The notes beneath the pieces are model-generated. The model made no database searches. It had not been told where the DNA came from and saw only the letters and a list, made by a program, of their open reading frames with translations. A DNA stretch of 64,000 bases from Auanema rhodensis (lineage: Eukaryota > Animalia > Nematoda). The position numbers and the translations under genes were made by a program. Numbering within the stretch: position 1 is the stretch's first letter; each line of letters opens with the position of its first letter. Below are positions 1 to 13,717 of this stretch, piece after piece. The stretch is from assembly GCA_964057225.1 (NCBI GenBank), contig OZ059897.1:14570001-14634000 (forward strand), in the 5' to 3' direction.

Positions 1-3000
1 TCTAACAATCTTAGTATTTGTCAAACATTCCAAAACATTTTCTCTATTTTGAGCTCCACAGAACTTGCCGATATCGTACTTGCATTTCTTCTACACATAA
101 ATCATGAATATGATATTCAATTAAAAGCAAGTACCTGAAGTTCATCATCCATTGTGTTATCAACAGCTTCAATCTTTTCTCTATAGAACACCATAGAACG
201 ACAATCATGTCCCAAAGCATTGAAGTTTTGACGGAGACATTCAACGGTATCTTCAAATGAGTCAGCTTCGTTACATCTGAAAACATTACATAAAACTAAA
301 TGAAAAACTTAATTTTCTACCTGAATTTCTTTAACTCAACTGCGCACTTCTGTGCGAGTTGTGGATCAGCATCGGCCATATGTTCTTTGTCGTCAAACTA
401 AATAAGCCTGTTAGTTTTACAAATATTAACATAAAATATTCTTCGTGCAACTAACAGATCATATTAACATATATAGGTATAAGCTATAAAGTGGAAAGGA
501 GAGGTAGGTAAACTATCAAACGAAACTGTTAATTTCTAAGTGAAATTAAGTGCTAAATATTAGTATGACTCCCAAGTTTAATGCAGACACCCCACAACAC
601 CAACTCACTTCTACCTGTTCTTGCTGAAGATAGGCCACTTTAAGTTGCTTCTTGCACGGATCAGATAAGTCAGAATTGTGGCCAAGAACCTTGTGCTTGA
701 ATCGGACTTCAGAGAGACAACGGATAATTTCAGCCCTAGAATTTTAGCACTGCCTCATAAAATTCGAAAAACGACTTACTTATCGTTTCCATGTCCAGTA
801 CAATACTTCTCGATATCAGGAGTACAAGCCTTTTGGAATTTGTAGGAGAAATGGTAATCCCGGAGAGAAACCAGTTCAAAGTGGTTAACATAAGACTTAC
901 ATTTTCCAGTCATTTCTGGGGTATCCTGTAATATAGACAAAAATATTATAAGCGTAAAATTTCCTCAATAAAACCTTATTTCTAAGAAGACACTCCATTA
1001 CATCTCCGTGATCAATTTCGTCATTTTGGAATTCCTCACAGTAGGTGGTGATAACTGGCTTACATGCTCTAGTTAAAGCAATATTAAGTTTAGTGTCCTG
1101 TGATTCCATTTGAGTGAATTTCACAAGTTCCTAAAAAAATATCTTAGTGTGGCAAGAAAAGCACATTACCTCATGACATCTTTTATGTTTATTTACGAAT
1201 TCTGGCTTTTCAAAGTTATCTTGTAAACATTGCATTTCCTATAATATAAAATTTATAATTTAGCATAAAAATAAGATAATACCTCCATAGGCTGGACATT
1301 ATGACTACAATACTCAGAAAGAGCATCACGGCAATTATCTTCAACTTCTGGCATCAAATTTACACGGACAGCGCGAGAATGGAGAACACGTCGAACTTCG
1401 ATACCACATTTGTAGGTTAACTAAAAATAAAAAAATAAAAAAGATTAGAAAAAATAGACAAACAGGATTTTTCTCGTCATAGGCGCTTCTGTAAAGACAA
1501 GCAAGAACTTGTGGACCTGGGTCAGGAATATTAGCATCATTGCTAGCCATATGCCAATTATCTAATGCATGACACCTACAAAACAAACATGAATGACTCA
1601 AAAAAAGAAAAAACTTACTTATTAATAGCTTCATCGTGACAAGCAGCATAAAGTTGTGGATCTAATGTCCAATCGCGAGCCATGAAGTATTGTACCTAAA
1701 CAAGCAATATAAGTTGAGGTTTTCAAAATGGCATAAAATAAACCTCTAAAAGACGTTTCTCACAGTCAGCAGTCATATCAGAATTATCAACATGCTTCAT
1801 TAAACACTCAAGCGTAGCTGTCTCAGAAACAGCATCCATGGAGCACACGCCATCAATTAAGGGACGGCAAGATGCATAAAGGACACGATCCACCTTGTAG
1901 TTGGAGCCAATATCGGCAACCTAACAAACTTTGTTTAGAAAAATAATGTAAATGTATTCACAAACCTTTACAACTTGAGATACTGCTTGAAGACACTGAG
2001 GTCCAAGCTTATCTTCCTCTTTACGAGCTTGAGCATGCTCCATCAAACAATGCAAAGTTCTTCCTTCAGCTTCAATATCACCTCTTGGGCTACACCACTT
2101 ATCAATTTCAGATGCGCATTGCATTACAAGTTCTGGAGCCATGCGGAATTCATGAAGCATGAGTTTCCTGTGATTAATCATCTCATGTTGGCATTCCTTT
2201 GAAGGCTTATCCTTGTTATTATGAGAAGCATTTTCTAAACAGAGAAGAATCCAAGATAAGTGGAAGTGAGCAGCAGCTTCAAGATGACTCTGGGGCTCAC
2301 ATTTATAACTAAAAATAGTAAAAATTGAATAACAAAAACAAATCTGCATCATACGCTGTCATTTCCGGTTGGCAAGCTTTAGTTAGAGGATGAGCCATTC
2401 TATAGTCTCTTCCATACATGAAAGCTCTCTCCGATAAAATATTGGAACACTGAATTATGATATTTAGATCAATAATATATAGAAGAACATACTGCAGGAT
2501 CCATAAATTGGTCATTTCGTTTTAATAAAAGACATTCGTATACTTTTCCCTGTCCGGATGGAACTTCTTTACAATATTTCTGAAAAAAATCCATAAAAAT
2601 CTTAAAGATTACTGAAGCCAACTTCACGATCTGCTCTGCAAGCAAAGAAAAGAGGTCTATCTAAATGCCAATCTTCGCTCTGTAATTCGGCTAATCTCAT
2701 GACTTCGTGTCTACAGTCCGGATCAATCTCATTCAACGCATCAGTTTGCTTTGACATTTTAACAACTTTTTCAATAATACACTCCAAGGCCATACCTATT
2801 GATCAAAATCAAAAATGAATAGCAGCAAAAAATTATCTAGTACCTTGGGTGTGGTTAACTCTAACTCCTTGATGAGCTGCATTTGGTGTTAAAACTGCAC
2901 ATCCAAATTTGTTGATAGTAGCACGACACTTATCAACAAATGGTCCAATAAGACGAAAATCAGAGAAAGCCAACTTTTCCGTTCTTGCTTAAACATTCAT

Positions 3001-3962
3001 AATAAACAAATATTATATAAACGACAGCTTACAAAGGAAAGCATGACAATTAGTAGTTTTAGAAACCTTGTCCACAAAATCGATCATACAACTCAAAGCA
3101 TGCCCAGGTTGAGTCAATTTAACGCAGTTGTTCAAACCTAAAAATAGAATCACAATAGAAATACTACTGAGAAAAATATACCTTCATTTTCTTTAAGTTC
3201 TGCTTCACAATATTGCTTTGCAGCAGCAATAAATCGTTCGTCCTGTGTAAGTCTCACCTAAATTTCGGGTATCAACCAAAGGAAGCATTGAAATTAATAA
3301 CCTTGAAATCCCACACAAGACTCTCACATTCTTTAGTAAGAGTTTCAGTTTCAGAATATCCAGCATCTTGCAAACATTCAACAATGGACATATCACTATT
3401 TAAATCAACGCCTTCCTAAGAAAATATTGCGATTATATTATAAACTTTGAAGAACAAGTGAAACCTTTCTACATAATTTATTGATGTCATTTTTACAAGC
3501 ATCAAAACTCAAAAGATTATCCTTACTATTTTGGGCATTTTGGGCATTTTGTTGATTTTGCTGATTTTGTCCTGAAATATTAAAATGAATATATGCACCC
3601 TTATTCTATTTCGGAAGATGTTTTACGCAGTATGGTTTACTCGCGATTTATCGGATCGTTTTCGAGATCGAGAGATATCAAGAAACCTGATTTGTTGAAC
3701 AGAAAAGAATAGTAATGATAACGGAAAAAGAACATATTCTTAATCATAACCATTAATTTATACTATTTTATAAACTACGGATCTTTCTATTATTCATACA
3801 AACTGGGACAATACAACAATCACAATACTATATTTCACTTACGGGTATCAAAGCGACCTAATAAGAATAATATTTTAGAGATTGTTAAAAATAATAGATT
3901 AAACAAAAAAACGTACCATGGACAAACGCTATCCCCAAGCAGAAAAGGAGAGCTATCCTCAT
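1..3962 (-). CDS. GLG1: Golgi apparatus protein 1 / cysteine-rich FGF receptor (GLG1/ESL-1), multi-exon, 3' end lies beyond the window start
   Basis: ATG at 3962 opens a signal peptide (MRIALLFCLGIAFVH). Exons encode repeated Cys-rich GLG1 units, e.g. CRHEVMRLAELQSEDWHLDRPLFFACRADRE, EFRMAPELVMQCASEIDKWC, GRTLHCLMEHA, DPGPQVLACLYRSAYDE. Confidence 0.93.
3843..3857 (-). CDS. Candidate 15-nt frame-preserving microexon in GLG1 intron 1
   Basis: Minus strand reads ttattcttattag|GTCGCTTTGATACCC|gtaagtg. It has a strong donor, a TAG acceptor and 15 nt in phase 1-1 with no stop. Confidence 0.55.
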
Positions 3963-5539
3963 TGCTTGTTGACCCACGTGAGCAATTACTAGAACTAATA
4001 CATTTTTTAATTATACTATTATACGGATAAAAACAACAGAAAATAGATAATGTACAGAATAAAGGAATATATTAAAATGACTAGAAATGGTTGAATGATA
4101 ACACTATTCCGTATTAATTGCGGACAAGGTCTCTCCAACTTGGTGTTGTGGGCTACACGTGTCCATCAGGTAAAATTGCGCACAAAAAACTAAGAGAATA
4201 AAACAAAAATCCAATTTTATTAACTAAAGTTTAGAAATAAGAATGTTTCGTATGTTATCACGAATAATTTCTTCCGAAACATTTCTCCTGGAAATGGGAG
4301 AATATAGGCTAAACATATAGGGGAGATTTAGGTCATCGAAATGAAATGAGAATGAGCGCCTAGGATGCAGGGCCACACTATTGACTGCTTGGTCGCTGGA
4401 CGGGTATGTGCCACGTCACTAAAATGGTAAGTAAAAATATGGTCGATTAATCAAGAAAACACTTTTATAATAATGTAAAAATGAAAGCAACTGCCGAGCA
4501 AATGTGTCTTCAACAAGCCGCATTGTTACGTCTTGAGTTCGAAAAAACACCAAGATTGGGCACCAAAGCTAGGGTATTAACTTGTCGAACAACAATATAA
4601 ATTGGGCTCTTTTGACAGCGTTTGATTTTAATATATCATACCAAAATATAATGTTTCATTACAACGGTATTTTTCATATCTGGTAGGAAGGAAGGCTGTT
4701 CACGTTTAATTTTGTTTCGCAAATTTCTTTCAATATATTAGTTTCTAGTTTAGTTCAGGGAGTATGAATTTTATAGCATTGTATTTTACACATTGGGAGA
4801 TTAATATTATCAAATGGATGAAATGCTTTTTTTTCCAAAAATGGCCTATATCATTATGAAAATTCTTTTATTGCGAATGATTCGCACTTCTCCCGCGTAT
4901 TAGTAATTCTTTTTGTAATCTAAATACTAATAAAAAAATATGAAATCAATCAGCAATTAATAGATATAGAATAGTGAAATATGCAAACGTGACTACCCTA
5001 TTTGCCGAACAAATGACCCGCTTGGTCTGTAAGTGTTGACTTTGTTCAATGGCAAATTTTTTAAAAGCGAAATGAATTTCCAGTTCATCAAATAGAGTAA
5101 CTAATTAGACTGGAGCAATTTTGATTTTTATGAATGAGAACAACTTTTTAAGTGGATGGAAAATATGCAGTTCATTACTTTGAAAAAGAAAAAATATATT
5201 TAATATTTGATCAAAAAAATATGAATAAAAAATATGATCAAAGAAATTATCACTTACCAAAATTGAGGTAAAAAGTTCACAAGGGCGGTGATATATAAAA
5301 AAGGCAGGGTGTACGTGACCGGGTAGAGCATTACTCAGATACAAGGATTTGTTGTCAGGATTGATATATTTACTAAAGAATAAAAAAATAGTTACATTTA
5401 TAGTTGTTCAGAGGGTTTTTGTTAAATTAAGAAGTGTATAAAGATTTCTATGTAGTTTATAATGTTATAAGGGAAATAAAAATAAATTGAATATTATTTT
5501 GCGGAATGCTTTGTTCTTCAGTCACTTCTTTCTAGGCAG

Positions 5540-7408
5540 ATGCATACATCCTTTTTAGTTATATTTCTTGGCGTAACACTAATTTCTTCAGCATATAATG
5601 AACAATCAAAAGAATTCCCGGTAAAATGTTGGTAAATTTAGCAAGCAATATGTTTTTCCAGATATATTGGAACCTCCACACCCAACACTGTTATCGACAT
5701 AATATAAGTATACCTTTGGATGAGTATGGGATTTTATATAATGAAGGTTTTTTATCATATATGTTTTATATTATTCTTAATTATTTCTATATTTTCATAT
5801 AGGTCACTCATTTAGAGGTGGCAATGTTGTAATTTTCTATGAGTACTCATTCGGGAAGTTTCCTTATTATAAGGATTATAATTTATCCCAAGCTGTAAAT
5901 GGGGGAATGCCGCAGGTTTTTCCATTTTCAAAAATATATTAATGTGAATATCTTTCTTTGTGCAGTTGGTTAACATAGAAGAGCATTTAGCTAAAGTTGC
6001 TGAACATGTTGATGAAAATATACCGCACGCTGATTTTGGTGGAATAGCAGTGATTGATTTTGAGGAATGGAGACCATTGTATTCATTGAATTGGGGAGCG
6101 AAACGAGTACTTTATTTCAATCTTTAGAATTTTAAAATTATAATTTTTTACTCTTAGATATATCGTAGGAAATCTATTGAACTAGTTAAGCATAGGTACC
6201 CATTTCTATCTGATAAGGCAGCGAAAGATTTAGCAGAAGAGGAATTCAACTATGCAGCTAAGTATGGTTAATTAAAAACTTTTTGTTACAAATATCAATA
6301 GAAAAATTTTCGTGGAGACGATTTCTCTTTGTCGGAAGATGAGACCTTTTGCAAAATGGGGATTTTATGGCTTTCCATATTGTAATTATAATGCTGGTGA
6401 AGGAGAAGGACATCAATGTTCCCAGAAATATCAGAATTCTAATAATGAGTAGAATATTTTAACAATATCTAAGAAACTATTATTATATATTTAGATTGCT
6501 TCCTATCTTCACTGCTGGAAATGCTTTATTCCCTTCAATTTATTTAGATATGAAGAAAAATGAAAACCGTCTTTATGTGATGGTAAGGAATTTTTTTTTA
6601 ATTCTCGAACTTGTCGAATTTAGGCAGTTCTACGAGAAGCATTACGAATTAGCGGCAGTGGCGCTAACCGCCTTCCTATTTATGCTTATACAAAGTTCGA
6701 ATATACACCCTATGATGATTTAGACTCATTCTATACAAAAGTATTGTACGATTTTTTAAAATTAATTATTTATTTCGTTAGGAAGATGTCTGTAACACTG
6801 TGAAGCAATCTGCCGATATGGGTGCTGATGGCCTAGTTCTGTGGAGTACTAGCGCTAATATGGTACAAAGGTGTACATATGTTGCAGACTATATAACTAA
6901 TAAGCTAGGACCGTAAGTGTTAAGTAGTTTAATATTTCTTTATAAAAACAGTTATTACTGTATTTAGATAACTGTTTTATTTGTATTATACTCCATTGTT
7001 TCAGAATTGTTGATCTTGTTAGGAAACGTATTCAACGATGCAGAAGTTTGAGATGCTCTAATAATGGAAAATGTGTGACAAATCATATGGTTTCCAAGTA
7101 CACTCAAATGGAACTTTTTGTTCTCAAATACTTTTTTCTATTTCAGATGCTCTGTACGTGTTGATCCTGAAATATATTCTTGCCAATGCGATCAAAACTA
7201 TTCTGGAGATTCTTGTCAATTTCATCAACGTTACAATTTGCTTTACAAAAAAGTAAGTAGAAAGCATATAATTTATTCATATAGCCTCATATAGAAAACT
7301 AATTCGGCGGAATCAGTTCTCAATGATGGCTTGTTCTATTATCTCGAGCAAGATTCCTTGGGAATAACACAGGCTCCATTACAAGTTGATACTCCGTATT
7401 ATTTATGA
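5540..7408 (+). CDS. chhy-1: Hyaluronidase / chondroitin hydrolase (GH56), secreted, C-terminal EGF-like domain
   Basis: Signal peptide MHTSFLVIFLGVTLISSA. Motifs IYWN, VNGGMPQ, catalytic GIAVIDFEEWRP, KWGFYGFPYC, ALFPSIY, MGADGLVLWS. C-terminal CSNNGKC...CQCDQNYSGDSC. The last exon is tentative. Confidence 0.9.
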
Positions 7409-7728
7409 GTTCCTTGTCTTCCTAATTTGCTTAATCATTCAGGGATCACACAATGTAATTAAAACTAATTGTTTTTCTAGAATAATTTGTCATGCATTTT
7501 TATTTTTTAGGTTTTGATCATTTTCGTTTAAATTTACTAACTTTTGAACTCTTAATCACTATTGTGATTGTTTACTTTTCTCGAAATTACGACTTTTATA
7601 AGTTTTTTTTATAAATTTTCAGATTTTTGTTTCAGTTTTTACTCCTACTGCCTAACCTCTTGTATTTCATATACTTTTAACGAATGCTTTTTTACTTAAT
7701 AAAAATTATTTCAGTATTTTATTATAAT

Positions 7729-8056
7729 ATTTTTTTTTTTGCTTTAACTATTATTTGGTTAAAGCAACAGCCTTACGTCAATACTAGAAAGAAGGCGTAC
7801 CCACCGGATATGAAGCCACGCCTCGTTTGAGCGCCTTTGGCAAAATGCCGAAACTCCTTGTGCTTCTGACTGGGTCTGGCTTAAATTTAAGATCCGCCTT
7901 TTTCACTACTGGTTGTTAGTTCGTTCTAGTAGTTCGCCAATAATTGTGAAAGCGGCAGAAGCTGCATAGTCGAGCTGGGTGCATCCAGGCCGGGCCATTC
8001 ATTGCGACTAATTTGGAAAACGTACCCGCTTCGAATGAGTGAATCTAGTGTATCCC
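7729..8056. other. Unexplained GC-rich, self-complementary island flanked by a T-run and a perfect 8-bp hairpin
   Basis: T-run ending at 7740, then GCTTTAAC...GTTAAAGC (7741-7765), then ~280 nt much richer in GC than the flanks with nested inverted repeats. No long ORF. Confidence 0.35.
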
Positions 8057-8480
8057 CATCTTTTCATTCATTACTTTTTCATTTTATTTTTACTTTTTTT
8101 CTTTTTTATTTCATGTACAATGACTGATCGATACAACTGAAGAACAATAGTAAAGAGAAAATTTAAGGAATATTTATGCCTTCCCTTGAAGCTCGGCTTC
8201 TCCGAATAGACAACATAGTCTCCGCTGTATTCGCAATGCCCATTGACTTGTCAATAAATTAAGCTTGGTCCATTGACCATATTTCTTCCTTTTTTCCAAA
8301 TCTTTAGTTCTTTTCTTTAAGTATCTCTTTATAAATTTTTAATATCTGCATATATCTTCTCCGTCATTAACACTCGGACTTCTATTCGTATTAGTTATAA
8401 CATACATATCGATAAGCATATATAATGAACCATATACCTTATTAGCCCTTCTAATAGTTTCAGTAACAAAACATGTAGCT

Positions 8481-11400
8481 ATGTTGATTCAACCTCTAGG
8501 ACTTATTCTTTATTGTGTGATTTTCAATTACATTAGTGCTGGCGAAGATCATCTTGAAGGATTCTCAAAATTACTTATTGAGCAATTTGAGTTGCAATCT
8601 CATTTAGCTTTAGTGGAAGAGGTTTGTTTGAGCTGTTTATATTCAATAGCAACAAAAACCGATTTACTTATTCTCTTTAAGCAACGAATTTATATTTTTC
8701 AGGAGCTGCAATCTCTGATTGGAAATATTAGAATCGAGTCCGAAGATCCTCTTGCTTTGCTCAATACTGCTAAAGATGGGCTCGAGAATTTATTCAATTC
8801 AAGAATCGACGTTTTGAGGGTTTCTTTTTTTTCGACATATTTCTATAAATGTTATGGTGCAGTTTCTTGTGTTTACATATACCTAAGTTCTAATAGAATA
8901 TGCTACGATTCTGCCGTAGTAAGCTTGCAAATGAGCATTTTCTCTGCCTTCTGTATATATTCAGGTTAGGCGAAAATTGGTGAGAAATTTTTTTCGAAAA
9001 CTTGCTCTCGAATAGTGAGATAAAACAATGAGTCTTATGGCCATTTGTTTGCTTTCGATTGAGCTGTCATTTTTGCCAGCTCAGATCCGTATTCTTAGGA
9101 GATATTTTCTTCCTGTTAGTGTTATTAGCAATTTGGTCAACAGAATCTTATATTATAAACTATGTTATATATTAATCAATTTAATTATTCCTAAAATTAA
9201 AGGGATTGAATGAATAGAATATTCTCAAAAACTTTGATAAGGAATATATTTCTTTTATAACAAACTTTCCTGTCAATCTGACGTTTATATAAGATCTAGC
9301 CTAGTTTGATTATACACACTTTCCCCTGGGAGCTTCTGCTGCTGCCTTCTTCTCTTCTCCCCCACCCTGTGTGGGCTTGGACTAGGATTCTCATCGATCT
9401 CTCATTACGAGGGACGAGGGTGAGCAGGATGTGAGAAGAAGCAAGCATTGGAGAGGGAAGAAAAGAGAAAAGTAAAAGAGCTTTCCGAATAGGATGAGCT
9501 TAGAATAAGTAACCTAAACCTAATATAGCTTAACAAAATTCATTCTCATTAATATGAAAACGAGACACATAAGACTTAGAAATGCCTTTGTTTTCAGAAT
9601 TTGGTAACTGCAGCGGAGTCTGCAGCTCAAGAATATATACACGATGCTCCGGAAATAGAAGTACGTTTACGCTAAGATTAAAATCAATGAAAAAGCTTCT
9701 GCTATTTTAGTTTTTGACTCCTCTGGACGAAATTTCTTGCGAAAAAGAAATTAGACGTATGAACGAATCAGATGTTCGAGTTCCTTCAAATCGTGACCAC
9801 GGAAAGTCGGGAATTCACATCAACATCGAAAGTTATCAATGTGGTGAGCTGAAATCACACATCTTAGAAAATTCTCAATTTGGCAAATATTTCTAGACGC
9901 TCGTGTTAGACGCGATTTTTCTTGGACGGGCAGCAAAGTGGTTGAGGATGTGATGAGAAAAAATAAAAATAAATACCCGGAAATGGGACATCAATTTATT
10001 GGAACATATAGTGGATTAACGCGATTGTATCCATGTTTGAATGTATATTATTTCTATTTAGACATTAAATTTTTTTAGGGAGACATTGGGAAATCGAACC
10101 TTCACAAATCACTATAGATTTGTATGATCCAAAATTTCGTCCGTGGTTTGTTAATGCGGAAACTACCCCTAAAGATATCATATTCTTAATTGATTAGTTA
10201 AGAAATTTAATTTTATAAAATTTATATTTTGGATTACAGCTCCGGGAGTGTAAAAGGACCTACTATGCATCTAATTAAAATAACGATGATGTATGTAATG
10301 TCAACATTATCTCCAAATGATTACTTTTACGGTAATATATAATTAAAAATAGTAGTTTTGAGTCTTAATTTTAGGAGTATATTTCAATTCTCATTTCGGG
10401 CCTATTCTAAGTTGTCATAATACAACCTTCATTCCAGCCACTACGGCAAACAAACGAGTGAGTTTTCACGTATATGTTAATTAAACGAAAACAAGTGTCA
10501 CGTTTAATATATGTCATTTTAAAAACTCAAATATAATTAACGGTTGTTATTACATTAGCGAAGTAGAGTTTTCCTAAATTATGATTTTTTTGTTTTAGGT
10601 ATTTTTTGAGAAACTAGGACAATTAGAAGAACATGATCAAGCCCATTTAGGAGGCCCTCTGAAGTTTTCTTTAGATGTTCTGAGAGAGGTTTGCACAAAA
10701 TAGTTCTTGATTATTTTTTTTCTTTAGAATCTAGAAAACAATTCTTCGTTGTTCTCAAATTCAAGATCAGGTGGTCATAAGCTTATTATCCTATTCACAG
10801 ATGGCGTTGATGAATGGCCTAGTGAAGCTTTAGACGAAGAAATTCGAATTCGTGGAGCAGATCCTGTGAGTCATTTCTTTCGTTCAAAATTGACTAAGCG
10901 TTATTTAGGTTAGAATTTTTGGTTTTTCTATGGGGTATGGTACAGGTCAGCTTCCACTACTGAACTGGCTTGCCTGTAAAACGTTTGCATCGTATTCTGG
11001 TAATAAATAAATATAAATATGATTGCACTCTATTAATTGTTTAGTTATTGATTCAATTATGGATGTTAAACCACAATCAAGATCTTTTTTGGATTTCTTG
11101 AGTGAACAGCATTCACAGTATTTGAGAACCGTTCCTATAATGAACCGTGAAATTAGTTGGTAAGTAAAACTTCTTTGTTTTTAAATTATTCTTTGTGATT
11201 AGGACAAGTATGTATATGGAAGCCCAAGGTCTTGGTCCAACAGTTACAATATCTTTACCGATTCTCAATAAAAAAGGAAATATGATTTGGTCCAACCATG
11301 GCATGGCTGGAGTAGCAGGTTAATTATAGTTTTTGCACATGTTAATACCTTTCTTTCTTAGGTCTTGACATTGCACTCTCAGAAATCACAAAATTTTTAC

Positions 11401-13717
11401 CAAAAGGTGAACAGGTTTATGGCTATGTAGTTGATCATAATGGTATTTTGCTGTATCATCCTAATTTAATCTTGCCGGTAATTTATGCGATAAGTGATAA
11501 GCTAAGATATTTATTCTTAGAAAACAGAAATACATTGCATTAGGCGTAGTGCTTGTTATGACGCCAGTCAAGTGCGATCAAAAGCAGGTTCCGGACTTCG
11601 AGTAAAACATATTACTGTACTAAAAACGTATTTAATCTAATATTGTAGGTTCAATATGGTTTCAGTGATCAACGTGTCTACCGACTTGTAGGCCTTATTG
11701 ACAGCATTCCAACTATAGATATGGTAATGCATACATATAAAGCATATATATTTTGTTTTACGTTACAGTTCGAATTAGAGGGAAACTCGTCTTCTTTGGC
11801 TACTTTGAGAAAGCTTGTCCTCTCCCATTCTTGCAAAGGCAACAAAATCTCAGATGTAAGAAAGTTGTGATATTCACTAGTATATCTTACGCTCTTTTCC
11901 AGAACGATAGGGAGTACTATTGTGAAGCAATATCTAATACACCATATACTGTAGTCATTGTAAATAATATGAAAGAACAAACTTTAACTTTAAATTATGC
12001 AATACAAAAAATTTTAGTTGGCGAAAACCCTATGGTATCATATTTCTTGTCTAAAAGGTTTGTATCACTTTAATTTTTCTTTTTAATAAGCCATAAACGT
12101 TTTAGAGATATTTGTAATTGGATGTTGGATCGTATTTCACCCGAGCTCCGATTTTCTGCCCTTCTGGAGCTAAACTGCACTGACGACATATCCTTGACTA
12201 AGGGACTAGTCAATGCAGTGTATAAGTGGTCTAGCTCTTGGCCATTGCAAGGTTCTTTTCAATTCCATCATTCTCAAATTCAGATATTATTCTAGATGGT
12301 TTAACAAATGTGTCATGTGAAGAAACAAAATTGCCTATAGGATTCGATTCACAATATTTTATTAATTCGTTTGTACATTCTCGAGCTCAAGTCAGCACCT
12401 TCTTTCCAAAATGGTAATATGATTAAGAAAACGGCTAATTTGACGAATATTTTGCAGCACGTTCGCTACAATGAAAGCTGTAACTGCCAAATTTGACAAA
12501 GAACGATATAAAAAAGATCCTTCCATTCATCTTCAGATGACTGTTAGAAATAATATCATACTTGCCTATAAATCTCTAGCAGATGATTATAAAAATAGAC
12601 TAGCTGTTGTTGGTGTTCAATGGAAGCATGATTATGTTGATAGTTTATTCCGAAATTGGACTTCTTCGAAAATAGACTGGTTAACCAAGTGCAGAAGGGT
12701 TAGTTTCACTAATTTCTCGTTATTAAGAAAATTTTTAAATGTTATCTTATATTTATAAATTTTCTAAGTTATGATATCAATTTCAGAAAGATTGTTTAAT
12801 AGTTACAAGATCAGGATTTGTGGTTGCTTCAACAACCAGAAAGCAATTAGGCCACTTAGCTATTTTCGATCCTCAATTATTTGCAACTCTAGTCGACCAC
12901 AATTTAGTGAACATGTCGGTTCTTGTTGAACTTTGATTTAATACCATGTTTAAATTTTAGAACAATATCATATGATGCTCAAGGAGAATGTCCCGTAAAG
13001 AAAGTTGCGCCATGGAGTAGTTCATCAAATTCTCGTAGGGGATTATTCAGAACATTGATAGATTTTGCAGTTTTGGTTATCAAGAAAGTATTTTGGTATT
13101 CATACATTTTTTATAATGTTTCAAACCAAAAATTTAAGGCTCGATTTACTTTTTCCTGATAAGGCAGTAGCGCAACCATCCATGAGTGGTGGAATATGTA
13201 GATTTCAACGAATAAAACCTATCGAACGGTAATGTCTTTCATTAATTATTATTAACCAATTATTAAAATTAAGATGTTTGCTGCAACATGCACATTATAG
13301 CTTATCGTTAAATATATCGAAACAAATGCAATTATCTAACCTCAAATGTTCTCGGTAATACAAAAGGGAAACAACGAAACTGATTTATATCATTTACAGA
13401 TATGCTAGACTATTCTCGATTACTGACACACACTTGACTTTGGTAGAAGTTGATCGGGCTTGCATTGGTTTCAAATCTAAAGTTAATTACCCTATAGAAC
13501 CTGTGAAAAGTACGCCAACTACTTTTTTTTCTCAATTTAAATTGTTTTTATAGTGGAAGGTTGTGATAAAATTGGAAATTTCGAAAGACGGAAACCTCAA
13601 CAGTATAATATCTCAGTCACTAAGCCAGATTTCACTGCTGAATGTGCTGGTAACTTTGCCATCACTAATGATTTCACTTTGGCTCTTGGAGCAATTCTGT
13701 TTTCGATGTTGTTTTAG
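8481..13717 (+). CDS. tag-180: Voltage-gated calcium channel alpha2-delta subunit (VWA + Cache domains), tag-180-like
   Basis: Signal peptide, then QFIGTYSGLTRLYP, DLYDPKFRPWFVNAETTPKDIIFLIDYSGSVKG (intact DxSxS MIDAS), LIILFTDG, YGYVVDHNGILLYHP. Ends in ECAG plus a short hydrophobic tail (GPI-type signal). The symbol also rests on adjacency to raga-1. Confidence 0.88.

Noticed and set aside
3641-3686. Second possible cassette exon in GLG1 intron 1
   Set aside because: 46 nt (frameshifting) with a weak donor.
4481-4600. Short + strand frame MKATAEQMCLQQAALLRLEFEKTPRLGTKAR resembling homeodomain helices 1-2
   Set aside because: No WFxNRR helix 3 in any frame and no supporting splice structure.
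7436-7450. TTCAGGGATCA resembling U3 snoRNA box A
   Set aside because: Isolated match in a 3' UTR with no other U3 boxes.
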